Origin: Phoronis australis
Lineage: Eukaryota; Animalia; Phoronida
DNA length: 64,000 nt
Assembly: GCA_002633005.1 (NCBI GenBank)
Contig: NMRA01000210.1
Location: forward strand, 62,001 to 126,000
Direction: 5' to 3'
Numbering within the stretch: position 1 is the first letter of the stretch; every line of letters starts with the position of its first letter. Both the position numbers and the translations under genes were made by a program. A model generated the notes under the pieces. That model saw nothing but the letters and a program-made list of their open reading frames with translations, did no database searches and was not told where the DNA came from. Shown piece by piece: positions 12,291-27,200 of this stretch.

Positions 12291-15200
12291 ATGGAGACAG
12301 CGCGTCCGAGAATGATTGGGTGAGTTTTTGAGTAATTTATCACCTGATTTAAAAGATGACGAGCGCATTCACCGTCATTACAATATACACTGATGTTTCG
12401 GGGAAGAGGCAAGATGGGTATTTTTCATGGCCACTCACGTGAAATTGCATACGAAAAGATGCCTTTAGTCCGATCACATTCAACAGAAGTGTTCACTTGA
12501 CGAGTTGGCAACTGAAACCAGAAGGTATTCAAGCGTGATTAAACCCGTGCAAAAAGGCCGATTAGCCTACAATATACATTGGTCACTTTATTTGGTTTGG
12601 CTTCTTTGTTCAAGAATTATGCGCTGTTTCAACGATTGAAACAGCAAATAAAAAGTGATGTTCATTCGGAGGTATGGGTACTAGGCTGGGACAATGATTT
12701 TGCTCTCTTCGTGAGACAGCACAGTACCAGAATAGTTCATTAAAATATTTTTAGTTAATTAAAATTAAGCCCCCAGAATGATGAAGCATGTTCGGCTAAT
12801 CGTGACTGATTATTGAGCGAGCCCTAAATAGGACCTATAATTGACAGATTTGAATAGAAATCATTCTATTTTAATGTAACGATGTCACTGTGTCGGGGAT
12901 TTTACAGCCTGGGGGTTCATTAAATTCACTTAAATTCTGCCCCGTAGATCACAAGTGGAATTGATAAACGCACTGGCTGTGAGAGAGCCGCTGACAATCT
13001 AAAAGCGTCGTTTTTTAGAAACCTAGCGTTTATTACTGAGCCCAAAACTGTGACTGCAAATATACTCAACGTCTGTTAATTTCAGTCTGAACCTTCGGTA
13101 TCCGCTGCTTCCGTTGGAAAACTAGCTTTTGTTATCTTGTTCGTAGTTATTCGACGAAGTGTCACAGCTTTTGACCCCGTGTGAGTAAATGTACTTTGAA
13201 CACCACTAAAACGGATAACTTGACGTTTATTTTTTATTTTAATTCACATCCAAATACTTATCTAAATTAAGTTATAGACTTTCACGATTTCACATTTGTC
13301 AACACATTTCATGCACCGATACCACTCGTTTATTGCGCCACGTATGAAGTTTTCTGTGCAATGTTGGAATCTTTTGTCCAGCTGCATTTTCCTGATGCTA
13401 CCGAAGCCGTTTTTGTTGGACTCTTTCTTTGAAGAAATCAAGCGTTGTATCACTTACCGGTAGAAACGACAAATCGCCTCTACACGAAGTGGAGGCAGGC
13501 ATTTTGTTGCCATGTTCGCTTTAGTATTCTACATGTATATGGATATCATTGCGTTAACTAGTCATTGAATCCAGTAGTCAACGAATCGGACAGTTGCCGA
13601 TGGTGACACAAGAGTCCACAAGTCAAGGCTTCGCAATATTGGACAGCTACGCATTATGTCGGACGCTTTATATGAGCGGACTTACGTACGTGAGGTCCAG
13701 ATTTTTGAGGGTATTTACTCAAAGCGGGACTATTATTATTATTATGTCGGCAAAGGTCACGAGGGAAAACGTTGACATTAATGCTTCTAAAGGTCTGGAA
13801 GTTTTCTGTTATTGTGTTGCATATTATGCGGGACTTATACACTGTACGTGTCACTCAGCAGTTTTTGCTCATTTTGGGCTTCGAAAACCAGTTAGTGTCA
13901 GCTAAAAGAGTCTGTTCCAAAGAATGTACAAAACCTGAAAAATGAATAGGCCGATAACTTTATGAAACTCGCACAAAATCCATTGAAACTAAGTCTAAAG
14001 TCTTTTCGTACGACCGGAAGTGCATCCGGCTACTTAAAAACGAGCAAGAATACATAAAATCAGCAGTTTTCACCCAAAAACCACTATTTGTGTGCAATTA
14101 CTACGACCTGAAGGACAGTGAATTCAGACTGACAGAACCCTCCACATTAAAGAAATCGGATAATAGGTGAATGTGGACAAGACAGATTTTTTACATTTCC
14201 AAAGTATCCGAAGTGTACACAAAATTCCTGTTGAATTTCAACTTCCCGGTTGGAAGCAGTACTTAAACCCTTCCTTCACACCATGGTCATAATTGGTTGA
14301 ATTTAAAAATATCTGATGTGATTGGTGGAAGTCCTTTCCTCGCCATTTTGTCGTTCCGCCGCAGTGGACTCTAAAAAAGTTGAATATTGCCGGAGGCGAA
14401 TATTATAAAAACGTACATTAATAGCAATCGGACAACAATATTTCAGTTTTCGTGTTTTCAAAAGGGTCTAAGACTACGCAGAGGTGCTCGTGCGTCGGAC
14501 AGCGCTTGGCACAACACGGTGGGACAAGCGAACAGTTTAGGGCCACGCTGTGCTCAACACATTTTGAAGAAACTTGCTTCGATGCGTCGTAGGAACGGAG
14601 CTTTGTTGAAGGTTTCTCCACCGTGTAAGGGCATTTGATGGACAAATGTAATGTGTTGCGTTGAACCACTGCTCTGTGGGCACGTGTCAGAGGTCCGGCA
14701 CGTAGGCCTATTGAGCATCATCCTCAGCATCAAATTTTGACAGTCTATGCTTGTTACAGATTTTGTTTGAATGCATGCTATCCACATATATGTCGTATAC
14801 GATGGATAAAAGAGTTGTAATGTTGTACCATTGCTTGGAACTTGGTTGACATGCCACATATATATTGTGTGGTCTAGTTTCACTACGTCCGTCTGCGCAG
14901 TGTAGTAATTTGGAACAGACAAGACAGATACAGGTATCATTTATCAGAAAAAAACCCAGTTAGCATCACAATAATTAGACATCATCGTTCCTTACACACC
15001 CACTGGGTATTCAATGAACGAAATCAATATGGCCGCTACTCGCCACTGTGCTTTAACAGTCAAGGTAAAAACTTTGATTATATATTACAGTTTGAGACAT
15101 ACAGTATATTACTCGACAGCTGTGGTTAGAAAATTAAACCGTGATTCAAAGGCTGCAATTACCACTCGGTAATGTCAGCTCTGAAATAGGGTCTGTCCGC

Positions 15201-18200
15201 AGACTGAGTAGAACCCGAGTCGGCTTCACTCACCGAAGGCGCTGGTACGGGAGGGTCGACTTCCTACGACTTCAAACCCGCAAAGTCTGTCGATATGGCG
15301 AGGTCTAACCCATTATCTGTTTCACCTATTGCCTGAGTGTCGTCTGCGATTCGTAACGCCTTCACATGCAACACAGAACTTAAAATGCCCAGCCAACTCA
15401 CGAGGCGTCAAGTTCAATCGTTGCTCAAAAGATTGTTTATTACAATCGATAGTCCAAAAATTTGCTTACCTAAAAGGTTAATTTATATGTTATATAAACA
15501 AAAAAGGTCCTAGGGTCTTTATGTTCGAGTAGACTCTGTCACTCAACGTAAACATTTTGTGGGAGCTTTTGAAATATGTAATTATGAAATAAACCCCGAT
15601 TTATCACTGATATTGTCGTCATTTCCAGCGAGACCATCCTCCCATGTGAACCCCTGAAGAAGAGTTACATCCACACCTCCAGTCACGAGACTCTTCTGTA
15701 CACGACAATGGGTCAGTTATTGGACAACGCTTGTGATGAGTGCCCTGGTCACGAGGCATTCGTTGTGTGTGACACCAACGAAAGGTTGACTTATCGACAG
15801 ATTAAAGAGCAGGTAGGCTTATTTGATTCCCCAAACGTTTTACTACAGGGTGTTCTCAAAACCACTTTTTAGCAGACCGACGTAAAGCACCCTCAAATGT
15901 TTTGGATATTTTCATCTGAAATACACAAGCTTGAAATCCAAGGAGAATTAACGCCCTTGTTGGGGACAAACCTTCAATATACATTTAGTTATAAAACTTT
16001 AGTTCGCAACAAGAACACTGCGACGTTATGATATAACTATGACCCGAGAAAAGTCAAAATATTCACTGAAATACTAACAGGTGATCCTTTAATGTCTAGT
16101 TTGTGTCCAGTCAACGTACATGGGAAGACAGTGTCACGCTCTGGGTTATTTAAATATGACCACTCATAGACGTTGATGTACATTTGCATACAGCTGAATT
16201 ACTTATGCATAATTTGATATGGCATATCCTTTCAGGCATTGAAGTACGCGAGAGGTTTTTTGGCTATTGGCTTAAAGAAGGGTGACGTCATATGCTTGAG
16301 TGGATTGACCAGTTCTGATTGGCTGTTTCTTTACTTTGCAGCTGCCTATATTGGACTCGTTGTTGTTGTTGTAAGTATGGGGTATATAACATAGTTATAT
16401 TTTCGCGCCATCGTTTGCTTTTACACCGATATTCGCTATCTTCGTGCGACCCGGCTTTTAAATACAATTTATTTCATGTATATATCACTATAATTTGGCA
16501 GTAATCACAATGTACAGATCACCTAGATAATGATAGAGTCCTTCGAGTTCCACTTACAGTAGCTGCTCCTTCAAACTGGGTTTTTTAAACATTATTAGAA
16601 GCGACTTTAATGTGCGTAACCTGTGTACATCGTTTTCAATGTATCTTACGACCCTGAACGTTTTGAAAATGGTCTTTAAATGCATTAAAAGGCGTTAGAA
16701 GTTGTTTTACATGTTAGACTTAACTAATGAACAGGTTCCATTCTGACGAAATATTGTGAGCTCTCTTTAAGAGATTGACTAAAACAGCTATCTTATAACG
16801 CTCAGCACAGTCACTATTAGCGTGGAGACAAATACATTTATCAGTAGGCTTGTAATAAACTGATGTGAAGAATCTTGTTTCTGAGTTACATATAAGTACG
16901 TCTAGAAAGGGTATCTTATCATTCACAGATGTTTAATGAGTGAATTTCAATACTGTTCTCAAGCACAGTCTTAAGCGATACCATTTTATCAAAATTACAA
17001 TAGACGAAAATATCATCAACATATCAAACACATATAGGAATGTGGCCAATGTTAGTTTTAACTCGTTTTTCAACTTCTAACATATAAAATTCAGCGAACG
17101 TTGGGCCTAATGGGGAACCCATACAAACACCATCTTTCTGCAAAAATAGTTTACAATTTATATGTCGAAATGGTACCTTCGTAGTGCAAGTTAATAGCAT
17201 TTCTTTAAGTATGTCCTGAGGAATTTCAGGAAGTTTCAAATTTGGATGCTTATAGACATATATGTGTGAATTCAGACCATTGAATTAGCAGTGAAATACG
17301 CTATTGTATGCGGGAAATTACACCGTGGATCTTTTAAGCATACAATGTACGACGGCAGAGGCGTATTTCACGGTTGGTGCACAATCTCCTTGTAAATTTG
17401 CATGCGTTACAGCATTTTTTATTAGGCCCGACTATTTACTGTATCCATTCCAAAAGCTAGGAAACGGTAATACTAAGAAATTCATCGAAGCTTAAACGGC
17501 ACACCGGTGCTCGACTGATCATTAAATGTTTCAATTTTTATATTCCGGAATGGATTGTTTCTAATTTTCCACGACTGTCTGATACAATTGAACAGTTCGT
17601 TCTTTCAACTGATAAATTTCACAATCTGAAAATTCCTGTTAAAGACACGACACTTGTCGTTGTTGACAATCTTTATCCATTCAGTTCGTGTCGTTTTGCA
17701 GTACGGAGAGCGTGCTACCCAAGTACAGCGTGTAAATTTATAATGAAATTAAACTTTACTAGTTATTCAACATCACATAAAATCTTGTGGCTCAACAGGC
17801 ATAGCTACTCTCGACATATATACATGTATGACGTCATACAACAATACGCCAAAGCACATGGCAACAAGATATCGCTGTGATGCAATTAAATTCACAGATA
17901 TGGGATAAAAAGGTCATCCTAAATACATTGCAATACTACTGTCATATTCATATCCTATCAATAATCAATTTCATCTTAGACTGTTCGAGGGAGACCGAAG
18001 GCTTCGATCTCGCTTGGACATTCCGAGATGAAATGAATTCTAGTCAGGATATGGCATATAAGTATATACTTCGTGCCAAAGGAAACAATGTGTGGAAAAT
18101 CTTACTTGGATTGTCCTGGATTACGCCAGTCACGCCATTTTACATTTACATTTCATATGAAAAATACCTGGAAGCCATACTTTTCCTGTTAATCACTAAA

Positions 18201-21200
18201 CATACCACTAGGACGCGGGTGTTTATTGGCCATTTCCGTACAACTTCGTCTCGTGTAGCCGACCTAATTGACCTATCGCCAGGATTTTGAATGAAGGCTT
18301 AACTGACCAATCAGAAAGCAGCACACCTTCGTTTTCAAGCCGCCATTTTACCAGACAAACAACACGTTGCTGGGTAAAATTTATTATTTGGTTTTGTCGA
18401 AATTACGCAAGGGGCGGACCTTCCATTCGGCAATTATGAATCATCGAGCTCGTTCATGGAGTTCTAATGTGGATAGTTCTTATTAATGTAGGGCATCAGC
18501 GTATACATGTAAGTGCACCTGTTTTAGTTGTGTTGAATCGATTAACATTTTGCAAACAACCTAAAATCCGGAAAAAATCGCATGAACAAGCATTTCGTTT
18601 TGTAACTGTTTAATTTTCCACATTATTTCAGACGCCTTTCGTTGGCAAATACGAAAGTACGTACGGCTTAGTTTCTGCCAAGGTTTGTACACATTTTCTA
18701 TCTCCAATGAGTGTGTAAAGTCACCGTATCCATATCGGCTGTAGTTCAGGGTAGAGTTCAGTAACCCTACGACCTAGCTAAACAGCAAGATTACGCATGG
18801 GCGGCGCACCATAGAGGGCTGGGGGGAGAGGGGGCTATAGCCTCCACTTTTTCAGTGCTGGTGTCCATGATCTAGGAGCGATGTACCACACGGGAACTGG
18901 AGATCTATAGCCCCCACTTTTTTTCAGTGCTGCGCCGCCCATGATATTACATGAGATTTTGCCGCGTATTTTGAATGAGAACACATGATTTTGGCTAGAT
19001 TTCTATAGCCGTGAAATATCTACTGAACTCTACCCAGTTCTGTTCGTTTGCATGCTCGCGCAGCCACGGCGCTTTTCACTAACAGCTTTTGATGTCGTTT
19101 GTAAACGCTCGAATCAGTAATAACCCGAACCTCCACGATTTTCAGAGAATCCTTTGATGCCATTTAACGCTGTTAATGTTCCAATTTCTGCTCTTGAGAG
19201 TGCCAACCTGGTATTTAACCAATCCTTGAAATGCCGGACTCACTAATTCCGCATCGTGCCCTGAAGAAGCTTTACTTATCGTGCCATAGTGGTGCTTGTG
19301 CATAGCCTTTTGGCCACAAGTCAAGATACCTTTTCGTGACGTCAGATGAGTCATCATCTGTGTAATTTTTAACCTTTCGTGGTTTGGTTTACCGGGATTG
19401 GCTTCTCATTCCTCATACTCACCATTCAATTATGTTGGGTTCCACTGATTGACGTTTTCTCCTTGGTGAGTACCTCCGAGAGGTCAGCTGTTAGGAATAT
19501 CTTCATCTTCATCATTCGCTTGCTTTAGCATTCCTTTAGTTTTTTTACTCGCTATTAGTCTAAAATATGATTAAAATGTTTTAAATTGTGTATGTCCAAT
19601 ATGAATACCAAAGTTTCATTATATTACCTGTGAAAACCTTCACAGCAAAAATACGATATTATTGAAGTTTGTTGAGGGTATTATGCCCAAAAGCTGTCAA
19701 CATCGTCCTGCAATAAGACTGGGTTGACCACCCATGGTTCAATTTTTATACATGATAAGGAAAAGTGGACAAGCAACAGTTTCTTTTCTTACTAACGTCC
19801 ATTACTTGGATGAAATAAAGTTCACATGTAAACCCTTCAGATGAAATCGTTTAAAATTTCCAATGATAGTACATGTATGTTGCTGAGTAAACAGGATTCT
19901 TATATGAAAGTTACCTTATTCTTAAAATAACTTGTCTCACCGCATCAGGAACGAAGATGGATCATAAACAAAAGCGGAAGCTCGTTATAATTTTCAAATT
20001 TAGATATATTTTTAATAAGACTAAAAGACATGACGTAGTTTATCTATTTTTGTCTAGGAAAATTTCATATGCATCGACAGCGTATTTAAAGCACTTCTCC
20101 CAATTTGACACACTTTAAAAGGGAAATATTTGAGTATTTCAAAATTGAAAAATAGTTATTTTACGACAATCTAAAATCCGAAGAGTTTAATAACAGATGT
20201 GTCCTGATGGTAGTTTTATTTTGAGGCAGTTTATTTTTAACTTGCAAAAGATCCTCACCACAGGTGTGCATGTGGGTATGAATGTGGTTATGAACGATTT
20301 CTCTTCATTTCACGTGCCTGTAAAAAGTGTTATGTTTCATAATGAAAAGATTCTTAGCTGACAAACACGTTTGGTCTGTCACCTAATGACTTTGAGGAAA
20401 GTTACTGCTAGAGTTTTTACTTTCTACCAGACGATAGAAAAGAAAGGCACCACCGAATGGGCGACTGCGAGCGTTATGTACGACTTACGCTCGTGATTAG
20501 CGTATTTTCCTAAAGTGAACCTTGGGTTCAGTCACGGTTACTGTGTGTGTACCTCAAAAACGTCCATGCATTTTTTTCGCATTCTGTTGATGTTAATTCC
20601 GAGATACTTTTGTTAACATGATATACCCGTCACTATGGTATTTAAAATCCCCAATGCAGCGAAGGGCACGGCAGTGGCACGAACAGCGCTTAGCTGCCGT
20701 TGTTTTTGTAATGCACCAACTACATGTATTTTGCCTGCATTACAAAAAGGCTACGAATATAGTACGTCCATCAATGAAACTCCCAATTAAGTACCTCTAC
20801 ACCTGGCTAGAGACCATCTGGATTAAACTTTTTAATGTTCATCTAAATAGGCAGAAGTTCGTCTCGTTATTGTTGGACCGCGGGATTGCAACGAAGTAAG
20901 CAAGGTAGTCAGCAAGTTGTTCTTTGAAGAACCGTTAAAATATGGGTGAGTTGTCATATCTCTGTTACAAAGAAATTGACTTAATTTTCAACACTTCAGT
21001 TTCTATTAAATAATAAATTCGATTGCTGTGAGGAATGTAGTTGATTTCACCCCATTCTGCAAAACATTGCCCTCTCTATTTCCACAAAATTCTGAAACAT
21101 AGTAACAAAATGCACCACGAACGGCAGGTGAAGTTTAGAACTTTTGTTTGTTTCCACCACTGGCCTCCCATTGGTACTGACTTGGATGGATCTTCTGGTC

Positions 21201-24200
21201 ACATGATGCAACTTATAATCTGTGACGTGGCTGTGGCCGGAGTTGGTTGTGCGGGCAAATTGATGTTGCGATGTGCGATGTCTTGTTTCGTAGCACCCCA
21301 TCGCAGCATTGATTGTTTACTTTTTAGTTTCGAGCCCAAAATAGGGGGAGCGTAAGTAGGGTGAATTCATTGCATGCTATCAAACAGTTCTCAATGCTGT
21401 TAGAATAAATGCAGTTTTGCCTTTAAAGGTAGCTGCCCACGATACAGCCGCCACATACTCAGTGCACAATTGTGTTCGCATATTGTGCGGTGTCTAACTT
21501 TGTCCTGCTGCAACCGATTACGTTACAGTTTTGCGTCATAAAAATCGTGAATTCTAAACCTCCCGACAAAAATCATATTATGTGTTTTTGACCTTAAAAG
21601 AGCAGCGTTTCGAGAAGCACCATGCAACTACAGAAATTGGGGCCTGCAGTTTCAGCCCCGTGTACGGCTTGCTTAAAGCAAAAATACTATGTACGATGTT
21701 TTTCGCATGTCTTCATTGTGTTTCAGTCACAGAGTGGAGTTTATCTATTGTCAAAGTGGGGACTTCGCCGATGATGCAGAAATGCGCGAAAGGTAAGTTT
21801 CTTTTCTGTGAAGCGTCGGACCTACGTTTGTCATTTGATCATGGCCTATAGTACATGGATCGCCAACACCGTATATTTTCAATGGACGAAATCTGCGATC
21901 TTATGTATAAGCTGTGGCGTCACTATTCACTAGTGACACCTGACAAACATAGCACGTTTTACTTCCGGCAAGTACGTCGTCTGCTAATTATGGTCAGATG
22001 TTGTGTGGGTGCGTGCTCGGCCACAAAGCCGAAATGTAGAGGATTGAGCTTTTGTAAATTTTCTCAGTACGTGAGCCCTGAATTCCAAACTGTCCGGATT
22101 AAATATATGCTAAAGTGTGCAAGCAGATGACAAAACCAGTCAGCACTGAAGTTCGAATTTTGCAATTACATGACCCACGACTAGTTGCATTGCCAGAAGT
22201 ACTCACGATACCAAGTGTTCTACTACTGAAAGACTTCGAACAGTGTTTCAATGGCGAATTTTTTTGTTGTACTGGAGAGTAAAATAGATGCAAGAACTTC
22301 CAGTTACAATACACTGACCGGAAGCTGAGGTTGCTATATCTTTAGAGGGCTGCGCCTTTTCTAGGATATTACGCAAGAAGATGTCGGATTTGCGAATCTG
22401 TTGTCTATAATGTATGATTCGATTTAACGAGAACACATTGTGTACACGTATTTTTAAAGTTGGTTTATATCCTTCCCTGCCTTCGCGTATTATGCTATCT
22501 GAAAATGGCCATGGGTTGTCTACATGTACTTCACTGCTATAAACAACTTACGCGCACCCAGCTTAAATTGTAGGGGAGCTCGAAAGTTTCAGTATGTGGA
22601 CGTTATACTGAAAAAATCGGGGACTATAAAACGGTGTACTACGTTAAACCCTACGAATTGTGCATTCGCTTCCAGTGAACTTTTGCCTTTATTTCTTGGA
22701 CTTTTTGTTTCTCAGAGGCGGACCTTTATGCCCACTTCCCCAAATGGGGGGGATGAGCCCCCCGAGCTCCCCCCTGGGTGCGTGCATGAACAATGTGAAA
22801 TATAAAATTTGCAGGTGGCCCGATATCTTTTTCCTTTTGCATGAGATGTGCTCAGGCCAGACAGTCGAGTTTGTATTGGTCTCGCGAATGTTCCTTTCAC
22901 CACGTTAGAGTCTGTTTGAGCGATTTCTGTATAATGTGCGAAACGGGTCTGCAGTGGACTCACACTACAGTGCTACATTTGTATAAACAAGTGAAGGCGG
23001 TCTGATATCTTTTTCCTATTACACGAGACGTCCTCAGGCCACACAGCCGAGACCCTTGAACAAAAACAAAAACAAAAAAAAAACAAAAAAAAAACTAAGT
23101 GAAACAATTTGCGACTTCGATTGTAGTTTTTTTAAGACAATTACAAATTAATATATTTTCAATATGCACATAGCTGGCGTGATTTTTGTCAATTTCCTTT
23201 CTTAAACGATTTTTAGAAAGATGAAATCACTCGCAACTTTAGACGTAGCCGGCGCTGACGTGTCTGACGACGATTTCCAAAGAGCTTTGGACAGTGTCTC
23301 ACCCGATGACCCTTACGTGTTACTAACGACAAGCGTAAGTAGTTTGACATGGGGAGTTGCAGTCTCGTGTTATCTCCAGATTGCATGAGACGTTTGGGGT
23401 CTTTTCGTCTTTGATTTGGCATTTTTTTGCACTGAAATGTAGTTATGGGAAATTTTACGATTTTCCCTGAAATTCAGCATTAATTACAGGGGCGGATCTA
23501 CGTTTTCAGTAAGGGGGGGGTTTAGGATTCCCGCAAAGGTCGAATCCGAGGCACGTGGCGCCGAGAGGGGGGAGGTCGGGAGTGGGGTTTCCCCCCTCCG
23601 TGTAAGACCATTTTTTTGTTTTTGTAGCCAAGTAGTGAAATTTCCATGCATCCTGGTAAGTTTCTGGCACTAATAACATGTCTCTTGAGTTTTTCTTAAG
23701 ATAATTTAAAACCCTTCTCGATTTCGTTGCATGAACGTGGCTCACAAGTTTCGTGAAATCATATTTGTGCACATCTGGGTATGAATTACGCCACCAGCAA
23801 AAATTTTTGTTGGAACATCTGCTTATACACACCTTTTTAGCATACGAAAAGTCGTATATGAAAAAGTGTGGTGTGTGTGGGGGTTAGACAACTACCAAAT
23901 ATTCAAGAGCATAAGGAGCACCCGACGGGGAGTAAAACATTGAATAACAAATGATCGCGTAACAGCAGCCTCAAGTTGTTTAAGAACGAAGACCTGTACT
24001 GTTAGTCTGGAAATAAACATGTGTTCTGTCTAATTATGAGAAAAACTGGCAAACGATGGTGCTCTCAGCTCATAGTATATTATTAAAAGCGACAATAAAC
24101 AATTAGGTATCACTTCATTAAGCTGAATCACGTTGACCACAATTGAAAAACGTCAAATGTATCTGGAAACGAATCAGCTGAAAACAGTTTCAAGAAACCA

Positions 24201-27200
24201 AAACATTCTGTACATCGTGGTGAAAATATAAACAGGACCAGTTCGCAGAGGGACCANNNNNNNNNNNNNNNNNNNNNNNNNNNNNNNNNNNNNNNNNNNN
24301 NNNNNNNNNNNNNNNNNNNNNNNNNNNNNNNNNNNNNNNNNNNNNNNNNNNNNNNNNNNNNNNNNNNNNNNNNNNNNNNNNNNNNNNNNNNNNNNNNNNN
24401 NNNNNNNNNNNNNNNNNNNNNNNNNNNNNNNNNNNNNNNNNNNNNNNNNNNNNNNNNNNNNNNNNNNNNNNNNNNNNNNNNNNNNNNNNNNNNNNNNNNN
24501 NNNNNNNNNNNNNNNNNNNNNNNNNNNNNNNNNNNNNNNNNNNNNNNNNNNNNNNNNNNNNNNNNNNNNNNNNNNNNNNNNNNNNNNNNNNNNNNNNNNN
24601 NNNNNNNNNNNNNNNNNNNNNNNNNNNNNNNNNNNNNNNNNNNNNNNNNNNNNNNNNNNNNNNNNNNNNNNNNNNNNNNNNNNNNNNNNNNNNNNNNNNN
24701 NNNNNNNNNNNNNNNNNNNNNNNNNNNNNNNNNNNNNNNNNNNNNNNNNNNNNNNNNNNNNNNNNNNNNNNNNNNNNNNNNNNNNNNNNNNNNNNNNNNN
24801 NNNNNNNNNNNNNNNNNNNNNNNNNNNNNNNNNNNNNNNNNNNNNNNNNNNNNNNNNNNNNNNNNNNNNNNNNNNNNNNNNNNNNNNNNNNNNNNNNNNN
24901 NNNNNNNNNNNNNNNNNNNNNNCAACCGGAGCAAGGGGATCGAGGGAAAACGGTTCTACTAGAGAGAAGGTGTGAGCACAAATTGTTCCTATGGGGTCTA
25001 TCGCCTCCTCCTCCACATCCGAAACGTCAGAATCGTCTGAAAACTCCACCTGACCCTCCCTGTATCTTTCAAAATATTCTTCATCTACGCTGCTGTACTC
25101 ACTGGGATCCATATTGTTTTCTTTGTGTTCCCCAACACCACGTCGCAGATGTGTAACGAAGGAAAATGGCGCCGTTTCTATTTTCTGTTACAACAAGGTG
25201 TTACAACGCCACGGCAACAAATATGTAAATAACTTTTTATAGCGACGTACAATTCAGTTAATGTTAAGAATATAGCAAGAATAATTATAAACACGAATTT
25301 AGAGCATATTGTTGTTCAGATTGGTTGAAACCTTGCAATTTACACTTTAATGCTCCAATTTCTGCTCTTGAGAGTGCCAGCCTGGTATTTAATCAATGCC
25401 TGAAATGCCGGACTCAATAATTCCGCATCTTGCCCTGAAGAAGGTTTACTTATCGTGCCATAGTGGTTCTTGTGCATAGCCTTTTGGTCACAAGTCAAGA
25501 TCTGTTTTCGTGACGTTAGATGAGTCATCATCTGCGTAATCTTGAACATTTCGTGGTTTGGTTTACCGGGCTTGGATACTCATTCGATCCTCATACTCAC
25601 CATTCAATTATGTTGGGTTCCACTGATAGACGTTTCCTCCTTGGTGACTACTGTACCTCCGAGAGGTCAACTGTTAGGAATCTCTTCATCTTCACCATTC
25701 GCTTGCTTTAGCTTTCCTTTAGTTTTTTTACTCGCTATTAGTCTAAAATATGATTAAAATGTTTTGAATTGTGTATTTCCAATATGAATACCAACGTTTC
25801 ATTGGATTACCTGTGAAACTCCTGACAGCATAAATATGATGTTATTGAAGTTTTTTTAGGGCATTATGCCCAAAAGCTGTCAATATCATCCTGCAATAAA
25901 ACTGGGTTGACCACCCATGGTTCAATTTTTATACATGATAAGGAAAAGTGGACAAGTGACAGTTTCTTTTCTCACTAACGTCCATTACTTGGATGAAATA
26001 AAGTTCACAATCATGTAAACCCTTCAGATGAAATCGTTTAAAATTTCCAATGAGAGTACATTTGTATGTTGCTGAGTAAACAGGATTGTTATATGAAAGT
26101 TACCTTATTCGTAAAATAACTTGTCTCACCGCATCAGGAACGAAGATTGATCATAAACAAAAGCGGAAGCAAGTTATAGTTTCAAATTTAGATATATTTT
26201 TGAAAAGACTAAAAGACATGACGTATTTTTTGTCTAAGAAGATTTCATATGCATCGACAGCGTAACTATTGAAAGCACTTCTCCCAATTTGACACACTTT
26301 AAAAGGGGAGTATTTGAGTATTTCAAAATTGAAAAATAGTTATTTTACGACAATATGAAATCCGAAGAGTTTAATAGCAGATAGGTCCCTATGGCACTTT
26401 TATTTTGAGCCACTTTTATTTTGAGTTGTAATGGCCCCCCAGCACAAGTGCATTATGGGTATGAAGGTGGATATGTACAGTGTATGATTTCTCTTCATTT
26501 CACGTGTCTGTAAAAAGTATTATGTTCAATAATAAAAAGGTGCTTAGCTGACAAACACGTTTTGTCTGTCACCTAATGACTTTGAGGAAAGTTACTGCTA
26601 GAGTTTATACTTTCTACCAGACGATACAAAAGAAACGCACATCTGAATGAGATTGACTGATTCGGATTACCTGACAGTTCGGCCTACATAAAATTGATAC
26701 TTTTTAGATTCCCTGACCCCTCAAATGCTCCTTTTGTAGCGAATGGGCGACTGCGAGCGTTATGTACGACTTGCGCTCGTGATTATCGTGTTTTCCTTAA
26801 GTGAACCTTGGGTTCAGTCACGGTTACTGTGTGTGTGTACCTCAAAAACGTCCATGCATTTTTTTCGCATTCTGCTAATGTTGATTCCCAGATAGTTTTG
26901 TTAACATGAGATACCCGTAACTATTGCATTTAACATCCTCAATGCAGCGAAGGGCACGGCAGTGGCACGGACAGCGCTTGGCTGTCGCTGCTTTTGTAAT
27001 GCACCAACTATTTTGCCTGCATTAAAAAGGCTACAGAAATAGTACGTCCATCAATGAAACTTCCAATTAAGTACCTCTACACTTGGCTAGAGGCCATCTG
27101 TGTTAAACTTTTTAATGTTCATCTAAATAGGCAGAGGTTCGTCTCGTTATTGTTGGACCGCGGGATTGCAACGAAGTAAGCAAGGTAGTCAGCAAGTTGT

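Noticed and set aside
24128-25112. Long ORFs (263-312 aa) in the ORF track
   Set aside because: They are open only because they run through the N gap.
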